DNA from: an uncultured Candidatus Actinomarina sp.
GTDB taxonomy: Bacteria > Actinomycetota > Acidimicrobiia > Actinomarinales > Actinomarinaceae
Direction of reading: 5' to 3'
Assembly (NCBI GenBank): GCA_902596545.1
Contig: CACJUH010000004.1
Coordinates: forward strand, 25,170 to 89,169
DNA: 64,000 nucleotides
Positions within the stretch are counted from its first letter, which is position 1; every line of letters starts with the position of its first letter. A program made the position numbers and the translations under genes. Under the pieces are notes generated by a model, which saw only the letters and a program-made list of their open reading frames with translations, did not search any database and had not been told where the DNA came from. Of the stretch, positions 8,883-18,921 are shown piece after piece.

Positions 8883-11800
8883 ATGTTTAAAAGAGTAGAT
8901 GCAAATATAGATCTTCCTTCCGTGGAATCAGAAATATCTGCATATTGGGACAAGATAAATGCGTTTGAAACATCTGTTGAAAATCGTAAAAATGATAAAA
9001 CTTTTAGATTCTATGATGGTCCACCGTTTCCAACTGGAAGTCCTCACTATGGAAACCTTCTTGCTGGAGTAATTAAAGACATAGTTCCAAGATATTGGAC
9101 AATGCGTGGTTATTACGTAGAAAGAAGGTTTGGTTGGGATGTCCATGGTCTTCCAATTGAAATGGAAGTTCAAAAGAAATTAAATTTAGAGGACCCACAA
9201 CAAATTGACGAGTATGGAATAGATAAATTTAATGAAGCTTGTAGATCACAAGTCCAAACAAATACTGAAAATTGGGAAAAAATTACAAGAAAAATTGGTA
9301 GATGGGTTGATTTTGAAAACGATTACAAAACTATGGATATTGAATTTATGGAAAGTGTTTGGTGGGTATTTAAGGAATTGTGGTCTAAAGATTTAATTTA
9401 TCAAGATTATAAAGTATTACCCTACTCATGGGCAGCTTCAACACCTCTCTCAAACTTTGAGGCAAATATGGACTACAGAGATGTTGAGGATCCTTCAATC
9501 TATTTTACCCTTGATGCAAGGGATGATTATAAAAAAGTAATTAAAGGTGATAAGTTTTTGGTTTGGACCACTACACCATGGTGTATACCTGGAAATTTAG
9601 CAATTGCCATAGGAAAAGAAATAGAGTATTCAAGAATCTCAATTAAAAACAACTTTTATTGGATAGCTACAGATAGGTTGTTTGAAATGAGTGATTATGA
9701 AGTAGAGGTTCTAGAGACTTCTATTGGTAAGGATTTAATAGGAGCATCATATATACCTGCTTATTCGGAATATGAGCATTTATTCAAAGATGGGGCTTTT
9801 CGTATCATTCACAGCGATGATACCAATACTGAATCTGGATCTGGTCTAGTCTCTCAAGCACCTGCATATGGAGAAAGTGATTTTTATGCCTTAAAAAATG
9901 CAAGTATAGATGTAATCGCAGATCCAGTAACTCTCTCAGGCAAGTTTGACAGTACTTTTAAAGAATTAGATGGATTAAATGTAAAGGATGCGGACAAATT
10001 AATTATGGACCAGCTAGAGGAAAGAGGTAATTTATTTTCCAAAACAACTGAGATGCATTCTTATCCCTTTTGCTGGAGAACTGGTACCCCATTGATATAC
10101 AAAGCTATACCAACATGGTTTGTCAATGTCGAAAAAATTAGAGATAGAATGGTTGAACTTAATCAGTCTACTCATTGGGTTCCTGGTTTTATTGGTGAAA
10201 AACGATTCTCTAACTGGCTTGGAAATGCCAGAGACTGGGCAATTAGTCGTAATAGGTATTGGGGAAGCTGTATACCGGTTTGGATAAATACTGATGATCC
10301 AGAAGATATGCTTTGTATTGGTTCCGTTGATGAATTAGAAAAATTGTCAGGACAGAAAATTACTGATTTACACAGACACTATTTAGATGATTTAGATATT
10401 GAAATTGATGGAAAAACATACAAAAGAACATCTGAAGTACTGGACTGCTGGTTTGAATCCGGTGCAATGCCATATGGTCAACAACATTACCCTTTTGAAA
10501 ATGAAAAGGATTTCTTTGATGGATTTCCAGCAGATTTTATCGCAGAGGGTCTTGACCAAACAAGAGGATGGTTTTATACATTGACTGTGCTTGCTGTTGC
10601 TTTATTTGATTCTGTAGCGTTTAAAAACTGTATAACCACTGGCATGATTCTTGCTGAAGATGGAAGAAAAATGAGTAAAAGTCTAAAAAACTACCCAGAC
10701 CCAGAAGAGTTGTTAAATAGCTATGGAGGAGATAGTTTGAGAGCTTACTTAATAAATTCCCCTGTTGTAAGAGGAGAACCTTTAAAATTTTCTGAAGAGG
10801 GTGTTAAGTTAGTTACAAGAAATATCATTCTCCCGTTGTGGAATTCATTTTCATTTTTTTCAACATACGCAAACGCTGATGACATTACTTTTGAAGATCT
10901 TGAAAAAGCATCTCCAGTAGAAGATCGTCCAATGATGGATCGATGGATAATCTCATCAATGCAATCATTGATCAAAACTGTTAACGAAAAAATGGAAAAT
11001 TATTATCTTTATGAAGTTATTCCTCCGTTGATGAATTTTGTTGATGAATTAACAAATTGGTATGTTCGGTCTAACAGAAAAAGATTCTGGAAAGAAAAAG
11101 ATGAAAATGATATAGATAAAATAAATGCTTTTAAAACTCTTCACGAAGTGCTTTTAGAGTTCTCAAAATCGATGGCACCTGTTTTGCCATTTATTTGTGA
11201 GAAGATTTATCAAGGATTAATTGAAGAAAATGATAAAAGTATTCATTACTGTAACTATCCAGAAGCAGATGAAAATTTAATTGATAAAGATTTAGAAGAT
11301 AATATTGAACTTGCAAAAAAAGTTATAAAAAGCGTAAGGAATTTAAGAGTAAAATTAAAACTTCCAAACAAACAACCGCTGAATTCAGTAAAAATAATTA
11401 CTAAAGATAAAGAAATTGAAGAAAAACTTAACGTCATAAGTGACTTGATTAAGAATGAAGTGAATGTAAAAGAAGTACTTTTTGATTTTGATGTGGATAA
11501 TTGGATAAATTATGAATTTAAACCTAATTTTAAAGTACTTGGACCTAAGTTAGGAAAGCAAATAAATGTTCTTAGCGAGTATTTGAAAAATGTCGACGAA
11601 AATATTAGTAATGATATTCTTCAAGGAAATGGAGTTGTTATTGATGATATAAAAGTTCCGACAGGTGAAATTGATATTATTTTAAACAAAAAAGAAGACA
11701 AAGAAAACCAAGATATCGTCGATGATTTCTCTTTGTATCTTGATACTTCATTAGATGAAAATTTAATCATGGAGAGATTCTCAAGAGAGCTTGTGTCTTC

Positions 11801-12026
11801 AATTCAGAAACTAAGGAAGGATTCTGGCTTAGATGTAGTTGATAGAATTAAATTAACTATTACTTCAAATGATAGTTTTGTTAAGGAATCTTTAAATATT
11901 CACGATGATTATGTGAAAAATGAAACATTAGCGGTCGAACTTAACTTTATAGAAGAAGAAACACAAAATTTAATTTCTGACAAAAATGTTTCTTTAGATA
12001 TTAAAAAGTTAACAAACAACTCTTAA
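8883..12026 (+). CDS. ileS: Isoleucyl-tRNA synthetase, type 2 (IleRS2)
   Basis: FYDGPPFPTGSPHYGN, GWDVHGLPIE, WTTTPW, EGLDQTRGWFY, KMSKS; 1047 aa with IleRS2-type C-terminus. Confidence 0.97.
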   Translation: MFKRVDANIDLPSVESEISAYWDKINAFETSVENRKNDKTFRFYDGPPFPTGSPHYGNLLAGVIKDIVPRYWTMRGYYVERRFGWDVHGLPIEMEVQKKLNLEDPQQIDEYGIDKFNEACRSQVQTNTENWEKITRKIGRWVDFENDYKTMDIEFMESVWWVFKELWSKDLIYQDYKVLPYSWAASTPLSNFEANMDYRDVEDPSIYFTLDARDDYKKVIKGDKFLVWTTTPWCIPGNLAIAIGKEIEYSRISIKNNFYWIATDRLFEMSDYEVEVLETSIGKDLIGASYIPAYSEYEHLFKDGAFRIIHSDDTNTESGSGLVSQAPAYGESDFYALKNASIDVIADPVTLSGKFDSTFKELDGLNVKDADKLIMDQLEERGNLFSKTTEMHSYPFCWRTGTPLIYKAIPTWFVNVEKIRDRMVELNQSTHWVPGFIGEKRFSNWLGNARDWAISRNRYWGSCIPVWINTDDPEDMLCIGSVDELEKLSGQKITDLHRHYLDDLDIEIDGKTYKRTSEVLDCWFESGAMPYGQQHYPFENEKDFFDGFPADFIAEGLDQTRGWFYTLTVLAVALFDSVAFKNCITTGMILAEDGRKMSKSLKNYPDPEELLNSYGGDSLRAYLINSPVVRGEPLKFSEEGVKLVTRNIILPLWNSFSFFSTYANADDITFEDLEKASPVEDRPMMDRWIISSMQSLIKTVNEKMENYYLYEVIPPLMNFVDELTNWYVRSNRKRFWKEKDENDIDKINAFKTLHEVLLEFSKSMAPVLPFICEKIYQGLIEENDKSIHYCNYPEADENLIDKDLEDNIELAKKVIKSVRNLRVKLKLPNKQPLNSVKIITKDKEIEEKLNVISDLIKNEVNVKEVLFDFDVDNWINYEFKPNFKVLGPKLGKQINVLSEYLKNVDENISNDILQGNGVVIDDIKVPTGEIDIILNKKEDKENQDIVDDFSLYLDTSLDENLIMERFSRELVSSIQKLRKDSGLDVVDRIKLTITSNDSFVKESLNIHDDYVKNETLAVELNFIEEETQNLISDKNVSLDIKKLTNNS

Positions 12027-12275
12027 AATATAAGGCTGAAGGAAATTAATTCCAAAAATTAAAATCAATGGTGACAAATCAATACCAGCCATTCCTATTC
12101 TTAGGGCTGGAATCCTACTCCGTATTGGGTAAAGTATTTTTTCAAAATATTTATCTAAGAAACTTTTTACTTGTCCAATAGGATGATCATATGGAACTTG
12201 AATCCAACTTAATATTATCCAGGCAAAAAGACTGTAATAAAATACTCTGAAAAATAGAAATGTAATGCTACACAT
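12009..12275 (-). CDS. yggT: YggT/YlmG family membrane protein
   Basis: ILSW...PIR..IP.LR..GIDLSPLIL motif; follows sepF. Confidence 0.9.
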   Translation of the reverse strand: MCSITFLFFRVFYYSLFAWIILSWIQVPYDHPIGQVKSFLDKYFEKILYPIRSRIPALRIGMAGIDLSPLILIFGINFLQPYILRVVC

Positions 12276-12705
12276 TTAATTTATACAAACCGAGTTGTTG
12301 GAGTCTTTCCCGTTCATCAGTTGAAAGCGATGAATTTGAGGGAAGTATTAGAAATACACCATCTCTGTTTATAGACCTAATAGTTGCGTTACTCATAAAA
12401 GCCATACCAGTTACAAAATCAAGAATTCTTCTTCTTTCACCTTGGTCTGGAATATCTCTTATATCCATTGCCACTACAAATTCATCCTTAATTGCAACAC
12501 CTAAATTATGTATTTCATTAAAAGATCTAAGAGCTTTAATCTCTACTTCATCTTTAGGTGAATGAATTCTTACATCTGAAATATTTTCATTATCAATAAA
12601 CCTATTTTCACCCGACGGTCTAACTGTTGTAGTAGTTTCAGTATATGGTTCTGGAATAGATTCAGGCTGCTTTAAACCAATCGAAATTAAAAATTTTTCT
12701 AACAT
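12268..12705 (-). CDS. sepF: Cell division protein SepF
   Basis: RRILDFVTG motif and C-terminal VFLILP; position after yggS. Confidence 0.85.
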   Translation of the reverse strand: MLEKFLISIGLKQPESIPEPYTETTTTVRPSGENRFIDNENISDVRIHSPKDEVEIKALRSFNEIHNLGVAIKDEFVVAMDIRDIPDQGERRRILDFVTGMAFMSNATIRSINRDGVFLILPSNSSLSTDERERLQQLGLYKLNV

Positions 12706-13322
12706 TATATGAATATTTTACTTCCTACTCGAACTATAGTAGCACCATAATCTAGAGCTATTTCATAGTCTTCTGACATTCCCATTGAAAGCTCACCTTT
12801 GTATTGACTATACATATTTTTTAACTCAGTGTTAATGTTTTGCATTTTTGAAAATACTATATTTGGATCTGATTGTATATTTGGTATACACATTAGGCCA
12901 ATTGGTAAATTTATTCTATCTTTTGAGTATTCAAAGTACTCAAAAATTAAATCAGGATCTATACCTGACTTATTTTTATCATTATCAATATTTACTTGAA
13001 GAAAAACTTCTCTTTTGTACTTTAATTTCGAAATCAAATCTATCTCTTTGTAACGACTTACAGTATGAATAAATTCAAAATTTTCAAAAATACTTCTAAT
13101 TTTTCTAGATTGAAGAGGGGCAATAAAGTGAAAGATAGCATCATTAAAATTTTCTGAATGCAAATAATAATCTTCAAGCCTATTTTCGCCAAATTCTCTA
13201 AAACCATAGTCATAAACCTTTTTCACTTCCTCAACAGTTCTATTTTTAATAACTGGGATTAGCTTTGCGTCATAGTTTGATAACTTTTTAGAAATACTAT
13301 TTAAATTTTTTTCTATATCCAT
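12705..13322 (-). CDS. yggS: PLP homeostasis protein YggS
   Basis: PVIK (PLP Lys), FGEN, HFIAPLQS, LSMGMSEDYEIALDYGATIVRVGSKIF. Confidence 0.95.
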   Translation of the reverse strand: MDIEKNLNSISKKLSNYDAKLIPVIKNRTVEEVKKVYDYGFREFGENRLEDYYLHSENFNDAIFHFIAPLQSRKIRSIFENFEFIHTVSRYKEIDLISKLKYKREVFLQVNIDNDKNKSGIDPDLIFEYFEYSKDRINLPIGLMCIPNIQSDPNIVFSKMQNINTELKNMYSQYKGELSMGMSEDYEIALDYGATIVRVGSKIFI

Positions 13323-13903
13323 ATGAAACTAAATTGTCTTTCAATTGTCTTGTTTTTTCTGTATGAAAAATATTCTTTATTACAAATAGTACATACATTC
13401 GTATCCTCTAAATTTATATTATTTTCAAATGCAAATTGTTTAATATTTTTTGTTAAATCTAGATAATATTTATCGTTAACTTTATTGACTGAATTGTTAA
13501 ATGTCTTTAGAAACTCAACTCCAACTTCGTAACAACATTTTCTAGCATGTGGCCCTATTGAAATTTTTAAACTAGATATTTCATGTATATCTAAACTTTT
13601 TTCAAATATAGATTTTTCTAAACCACGCCAGCCAGCATGGGTTGCAGAAACTCCTTTGCTTGATTCCATTAGAAGAGGAACACAATCAGCAGTTTTTACA
13701 ACCAATGGTAATTTGGTTTTATTTGTGTAAATACCATCACATTTGTAAGAAATATTCGAGTCAGCAAATGCAATTTCAGATGAATGGGTTTGATCCATTG
13801 TTGCAACTTGGTTTTGAAAACCAATGGTTTCTAATACTTCTTCTAAACTCCCATCATTTGCCGATGAGAAGAAAGCATTATTTAAATTTTGAGAGCGAAT
13901 CAT
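13313..13903 (-). CDS. pgeF: Peptidoglycan editing factor PgeF (YfiH/laccase-like)
   Basis: QTHS, TADCVP, HAGWRG, IGP...CCYEVG, CTIC...YFSYR. Confidence 0.93.
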   Translation of the reverse strand: MIRSQNLNNAFFSSANDGSLEEVLETIGFQNQVATMDQTHSSEIAFADSNISYKCDGIYTNKTKLPLVVKTADCVPLLMESSKGVSATHAGWRGLEKSIFEKSLDIHEISSLKISIGPHARKCCYEVGVEFLKTFNNSVNKVNDKYYLDLTKNIKQFAFENNINLEDTNVCTICNKEYFSYRKNKTIERQFSFIWI

Positions 13904-14967
13904 CCCTTAATGAAATCAGGAAGACCGTCACCTCCATTATCAGTTTGCTCTGAATCATTCTTTAATCTTCTATTTGGTCTTGGACCAAATCCAGCAGCAA
14001 CAACTGTAACTTCTACAGCATCACCAAGAGATTCATCTACAATGTGACCGAAGATGATTTCAGCGTTGTCATCAGCACGTTCTGTAATAACTCTTGCTGC
14101 TTCATCAACTTCTTGAAGTTTTAGATCTGCAGAGCCTGTAATAGTTATTAATACACCCTCTGCTCCGTCCATATTTGCTTCGAGTAGTGGTGAAGATATG
14201 GCAGCTTGTGCAGCATTTGGTGCACGTTGCTCACCAGTTGATCTTCCTATTCCCAGTACGGCACTGCCTGCATCTTTCAAAATAGTTTTTACATCTGCAA
14301 AGTCAACATTAATCACACCTGGTTGGGTAATTAATCCTGAAATTCCCTTTACACCATTTGATAAAATCTCATCTGATTTTAAATAGGCTTCATTTACTTT
14401 TACATTGTTATCACTAATTTGTAGAAGTCTATCATTAGGTATAACTATCAAAGTATCAAGCACATCTCTTAGAGCTTGAACGCCTTCTTCTGCTTGAACA
14501 GATCTCCTTCTTCCTTCAAAGCCAAAAGGTCTAGTAACTACACCTACAGTCAAAGCGCCCAACTCATGAGCTATTTCAGCAATAACTGGTGAAGCACCTG
14601 TTCCAGTACCACCGCCTTCACCTGCTGTAATAAATACCATGTCTGATCCTTTTAATGCTTCTTTAATTAAATCTGCAGAATCTAATGCTGCTTGTCTTCC
14701 TACTTCTGGGTTAGCACCAGCACCAAGTCCTCTTGTTGTTTTTCTACCGAGGTCTAATTTAACGTCAGCCTTTGAACCAAGTAAACTTTGAGCATCTGTA
14801 TTTGCAGCAATAAAATCTACACCCTTAATGCCCATCTTGATCATCCTATTAACAGCATTGGTTCCTCCACCACCAACACCGACAACTTTTATAACAGCTG
14901 TATAATTTCTAGGTCTCATATTTAGATTCACTCCCTTTTGATTTGTTTTTTTACTTCTTTGTGCCAT
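13900..14967 (-). CDS. ftsZ: Cell division protein FtsZ
   Basis: [21 protein letters not shown] tubulin signature, NVDFADV, C-terminal LPDF; ATG 14967 preceded by GGAG (alternative ATG 14919). Confidence 0.98.
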   Translation of the reverse strand: MAQRSKKTNQKGVNLNMRPRNYTAVIKVVGVGGGGTNAVNRMIKMGIKGVDFIAANTDAQSLLGSKADVKLDLGRKTTRGLGAGANPEVGRQAALDSADLIKEALKGSDMVFITAGEGGGTGTGASPVIAEIAHELGALTVGVVTRPFGFEGRRRSVQAEEGVQALRDVLDTLIVIPNDRLLQISDNNVKVNEAYLKSDEILSNGVKGISGLITQPGVINVDFADVKTILKDAGSAVLGIGRSTGEQRAPNAAQAAISSPLLEANMDGAEGVLITITGSADLKLQEVDEAARVITERADDNAEIIFGHIVDESLGDAVEVTVVAAGFGPRPNRRLKNDSEQTDNGGDGLPDFIKG

Positions 14968-14989
14968 AAAATCTCCAATTAATGAATCT

Positions 14990-14998
14990 AGATTATCA
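14990..14998 (-). promoter_or_regulatory. Candidate extended -10 promoter (TGA-TAATCT) for ftsZ
   Basis: TGnTAnnnT in the AT-rich ftsQ-ftsZ gap, about 23 nt before ATG 14967. Confidence 0.4.
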
Positions 14999-15056
14999 TC
15001 ATATATAAATATAAACAATAAATTTTTAGTTTTTTATCTATATCTATACTTTAGGT

Positions 15057-15758
15057 TTAGATATTACAATCAGTCACAAATGAATTTGTTGATACAAATC
15101 TTACAGTCCCTTGACAAGAGCCGTCTGATAAGAGCTCACCCACTGCAGCTGCTTTAGTAGCCAGGTCAATCGGGTTTCCAAAAAGTATCTCAGTATCTTC
15201 GTAGTAACCTATTACACTTGTACCCAAGTGAGTTAACTTTAAAGAACCCGTATTAATGTCATCAAAGCTACTCAAGGTCATGAAAAGTGCTACTACCTCT
15301 CCATTGAATCCGTTGTCGACAGGTCCATTTACAATTGTCACTGATAATGTGTTTTTAGACGCATCAATAGATTCGGCAATGTATAAATTTTTATACAACA
15401 CAGATAGTTTTGGCTGAGATCCCCTTAAGTCAGATATTTCAGCTACTTGTTCGTAAAGCTTCAGTTTAATTTCTAATTTAGATGGCAAGATTTTGGTGAG
15501 TTCAATTTTTTCAATTGTAGGATCAGCGCTGTAAAGACTTTCTACCGAGGTCTCATCCAATGTCCATATAGATTCACCATACAATGTTTCTAAAAAAGAA
15601 CTGTCAACTTGGTATTTTGGAGAAAATTCAACATTCCTAACCATGTATTTAGATGAAAATATAAGGTATGAAGGAAGAAGTGTTGCTAGTAAGAAAAATG
15701 AGAATACTAAAAAAGTTTTAAAACTGGTTTTTTCTATATCGATGTTTCCTTTTATCAA
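15057..15758 (-). CDS. ftsQ: Cell division protein FtsQ/DivIB (divergent)
   Basis: Single N-terminal TM, POTRA-like IEKIELTKILPSKLEIKL; between murB and ftsZ; GGAG plus TTG start. Confidence 0.75.
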   Translation of the reverse strand: MIKGNIDIEKTSFKTFLVFSFFLLATLLPSYLIFSSKYMVRNVEFSPKYQVDSSFLETLYGESIWTLDETSVESLYSADPTIEKIELTKILPSKLEIKLKLYEQVAEISDLRGSQPKLSVLYKNLYIAESIDASKNTLSVTIVNGPVDNGFNGEVVALFMTLSSFDDINTGSLKLTHLGTSVIGYYEDTEILFGNPIDLATKAAAVGELLSDGSCQGTVRFVSTNSFVTDCNI

Positions 15759-16612
15759 GAAAAATCTCCAACAAATATAATCTCTTCTTGGAGCATCACA
15801 TCATATTTATCAAAGATACTATCTTTTACAAAATTAACTAATTTATACAAAGCTGATGATTTAGCATCTTTATCAGCAATAAAAAAATTAGAATGCTTTT
15901 CACTCACCCTAACGCCATCTATCTTATATCCCTTAAGACCAGCATTTTCAATTAATTCAGCAGCGTAATAATCTTTACCGTTTTTAAATACGCTACCAGC
16001 ATTATATAAAGCAGAGGGTTGCGTATTTTTTCTATGATTTGTGAATTCTTTCATGTTTTTACTGATTTTGTCAGGATTTCCATCAGGAAATGTCATTGTG
16101 ACAGACAGAATTATTGAATCATCAATATCTGTAAATCTATAACCATAATTAATTTGAGATTTGTTAATTGTTTTAATTTTTTTACTTTTTATATCAAAAT
16201 ATTCAAAAGCCTCTACATAATCTAAAAATTCATATCCATAACAACCAGCATTCATGGATAAAGCTCCCCCAACTGTTCCAGGTATACCTAAAAGAAATTC
16301 CCCATCACTTAAATTTTTTGATTTTAGAAATCTAGAAAGATCTGGTAAATAAGTTCCTGATCCTAATTCAAGTTTGTTTGTTTTGTTATCAAAATTTATA
16401 TAGTTAATTTTTGATTGAATTACAGCTCCATCAAATTCATTTTCTGAGAATGCAACATTTGACCCTTTTCCTAGAATAAAATACTCATCAAAAATGTCAT
16501 ATTCATCAAAATTATCTAAGTCTTTTTTATCCTCAAGTAAAAAGAAGTTCTTACACATACCTCCAAAACGATACGTTGTTTCATTTTTTAATAGAACTTT
16601 TTGATTAATCAT
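15755..16612 (-). CDS. murB: UDP-N-acetylenolpyruvoylglucosamine reductase
   Basis: ILGKGSNV, IPGTVGGALSMNAG, NAGSVFKN, HSNFFI. Confidence 0.96.
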   Translation of the reverse strand: MINQKVLLKNETTYRFGGMCKNFFLLEDKKDLDNFDEYDIFDEYFILGKGSNVAFSENEFDGAVIQSKINYINFDNKTNKLELGSGTYLPDLSRFLKSKNLSDGEFLLGIPGTVGGALSMNAGCYGYEFLDYVEAFEYFDIKSKKIKTINKSQINYGYRFTDIDDSIILSVTMTFPDGNPDKISKNMKEFTNHRKNTQPSALYNAGSVFKNGKDYYAAELIENAGLKGYKIDGVRVSEKHSNFFIADKDAKSSALYKLVNFVKDSIFDKYDVMLQEEIIFVGDFS

Positions 16613-17918
16613 TTAAATATTTTAGTATCTGTGGACCTAATAAGGTAATGTCTCCCGCTCCAAGAGTTAAGACATTATCTCCAGGTTTAATATTGCTTTT
16701 AATAAAAATTGGTACTGATCGAATCGATTTAATATATTTAATTTTACTGTTTGAAAAATTTTTGCTTGAAACACCAGGTATTGGCTCTTCTCCAGCTGAG
16801 TAAATATCTGTAACAATTGGTGCATCAGCAACATTCAAACTGTTCTGAAATGCTTCAAAATTATCACGTGTTCTTGTGTAGCGGTGAGGTTGAAAAATAA
16901 CATACAATTTCCCTTTTGTTATGCTTTTTAAAGCACTAATGGTTGCCTTCATTTCTGTTGGATGATGTCCGTAATCATCGTAGAATTTCGTGTTGTTATA
17001 AGTTCCTATATACTCCATTCTTCTTTTAACTCCTCCAAACTCAGATATAGCTTTTATGCTATCTTCTGGCGAGATACCATAAACATTACAAATTGCTATT
17101 GCAGCTACTATATTGGAAAGATAATGGTCTCCAATTAACTTTGTTGATACTTCATAAGACTTGCCTTCGTATTCAAACGAGTTAGGGAGGTTAATTTTGT
17201 AATCTGACGTTTGTGTTCTTGAATACGAAATTATGTCTTTATCATTTATTAACCTAAGATTTTCATCATCGTAATTTAAAACTTTCACTCCTTTTACATT
17301 TTTAATAACATGATTAAATGCATCAATTAAATTCTCATACGATTCATAGAAATCTATATGATCATTATCTATATTTGTAACAATTAAATCTTTAATATTT
17401 ATATTTTTAAATGTATTGAATGCTTCATCAGTTTCAAGTATTAAAGGTTGAGTCTTCTCACCAAAATGACCACCTAAATTACCAAAACCACTGACCCCTC
17501 CATAAATAAATGATGCATTTTTGTTATTAAAATGAAATATATGAGAAACCAAAGCTGTAGTAGAAGTTTTTCCATGAGTACCAGTTATTCCAAGAATTTC
17601 TACTTCTTCAGATAATAATTCTAAAAATTTTGGTCTTGAAATTACATTTTCATTTTCAGAATAATTTGCAAGAAAAGTGTCGTCAAGGTTAATTGCAGAC
17701 GAGATAACATATAGTACATCTTCTTGATATTTAAAATTATCAAGGTTTTGGCAAGTTTTTACCCCATCACTTTCTAAAAGGTTAGTAATGTAAGAAATTC
17801 TTTGATCATAACCCTCAACATCATGGCCCTTTTGTTTGAGATATTTTGCAATTGAACTCATCCCTGAGCCACCGATACCCATAATGAAGATTTTTTTGAA
17901 ACTACTTAATAAGTTCAT
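16605..17918 (-). CDS. murC: UDP-N-acetylmuramate--L-alanine ligase
   Basis: GIGGSGMSSIA, GTHGKTSTT, ETDE, DDYGHHPTE, FQPHRYTRT. Confidence 0.96.
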   Translation of the reverse strand: MNLLSSFKKIFIMGIGGSGMSSIAKYLKQKGHDVEGYDQRISYITNLLESDGVKTCQNLDNFKYQEDVLYVISSAINLDDTFLANYSENENVISRPKFLELLSEEVEILGITGTHGKTSTTALVSHIFHFNNKNASFIYGGVSGFGNLGGHFGEKTQPLILETDEAFNTFKNINIKDLIVTNIDNDHIDFYESYENLIDAFNHVIKNVKGVKVLNYDDENLRLINDKDIISYSRTQTSDYKINLPNSFEYEGKSYEVSTKLIGDHYLSNIVAAIAICNVYGISPEDSIKAISEFGGVKRRMEYIGTYNNTKFYDDYGHHPTEMKATISALKSITKGKLYVIFQPHRYTRTRDNFEAFQNSLNVADAPIVTDIYSAGEEPIPGVSSKNFSNSKIKYIKSIRSVPIFIKSNIKPGDNVLTLGAGDITLLGPQILKYLND

Positions 17919-18921
17919 CTACTAATTTTTCACTAATTGTTAAATTTCCTGCTTCAATTTTAATTTTTTCTATATTTTCAGTATAATTTTCAAGAAAATA
18001 ATCAACTTGATTAGTAAAATCTTCATAATTTTTAATAATTCTTGCAGCATTTATTTTTTCCAGATACTCAGCATTAAGCTGTTGATGTACCGAAGTAGTT
18101 CCGTGCTTAAATGGAACGAGTAGCTGGTAGATATTGAGATACGCAGCTTCAAGACTACCCCCGCCTGCACGAGAAACTTGTAAATGAATTAAACTGTAAA
18201 ACGACTGCATGTCATCAATATAATTATGAGAAATATAATTTCTTCTATTTGTATTAATTATTTCATTATTTTTACCAACAATGTGGATTATATCAATATC
18301 AAAATACCTCTCATCTTCACAAAATTTGTAAACAAGATCATTTATTTCTTTTGACCCTTGGCTTCCACCTTGAAATCCTATTGTAAGATTAGAATTTTTA
18401 TTAATTTCATTATTGTTGTTTAAGTCTAAATTTAAAACTGGTCCACAATATTGAATTTTATTCTTTTGAATATTTTTAGTATCAGGAAAAGATGTATAAA
18501 CAATTTTAGCGAAGGGAGCTGAAAGCTTATTTCCTAAACCTGAATATATATTCTGTTCTTGAATGTAGAAATTCACTTTCAATAACTTTGAAACAATTGC
18601 TGAAACGGGAGCAATATATGCACCAGTTGTAAAAAGAAATTGTGGTTTATACTTTTTTAAATTTTTATATAAATAAATAATACTTTTTAAGATTTTACCA
18701 AGATTTAGTATATAGCCAATAATACCTTTTCGTGAGGACACAAAAGGATAAACTATAGTCTCAAAGTCTTTTTCTTTGAAATACTCAATACCTCTTTCAT
18801 CAGTCACTATTAAAATATTTTTTTTATCGATACCTTGATCAAGCATCGATTTAATTATGTTATAAGCTGGTAGAACATGTCCACCAGTTCCAACACATAA
18901 AAACACACCTTTAATCATCAA
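17902..18921 (-). CDS. murG: Undecaprenyl-PP-MurNAc-pentapeptide GlcNAc transferase
   Basis: GTGGHVLPA, EQN, GGSQGS, SRAGG, HQQLNA. Confidence 0.92.
   Translation of the reverse strand: MMIKGVFLCVGTGGHVLPAYNIIKSMLDQGIDKKNILIVTDERGIEYFKEKDFETIVYPFVSSRKGIIGYILNLGKILKSIIYLYKNLKKYKPQFLFTTGAYIAPVSAIVSKLLKVNFYIQEQNIYSGLGNKLSAPFAKIVYTSFPDTKNIQKNKIQYCGPVLNLDLNNNNEINKNSNLTIGFQGGSQGSKEINDLVYKFCEDERYFDIDIIHIVGKNNEIINTNRRNYISHNYIDDMQSFYSLIHLQVSRAGGGSLEAAYLNIYQLLVPFKHGTTSVHQQLNAEYLEKINAARIIKNYEDFTNQVDYFLENYTENIEKIKIEAGNLTISEKLVDELIK

Noticed and set aside
14968-15018. Track start of ftsZ at 15018 (MFIFIYDDN...)
   Set aside because: No SD; spans the AT-rich promoter gap; ATG 14967 has GGAG
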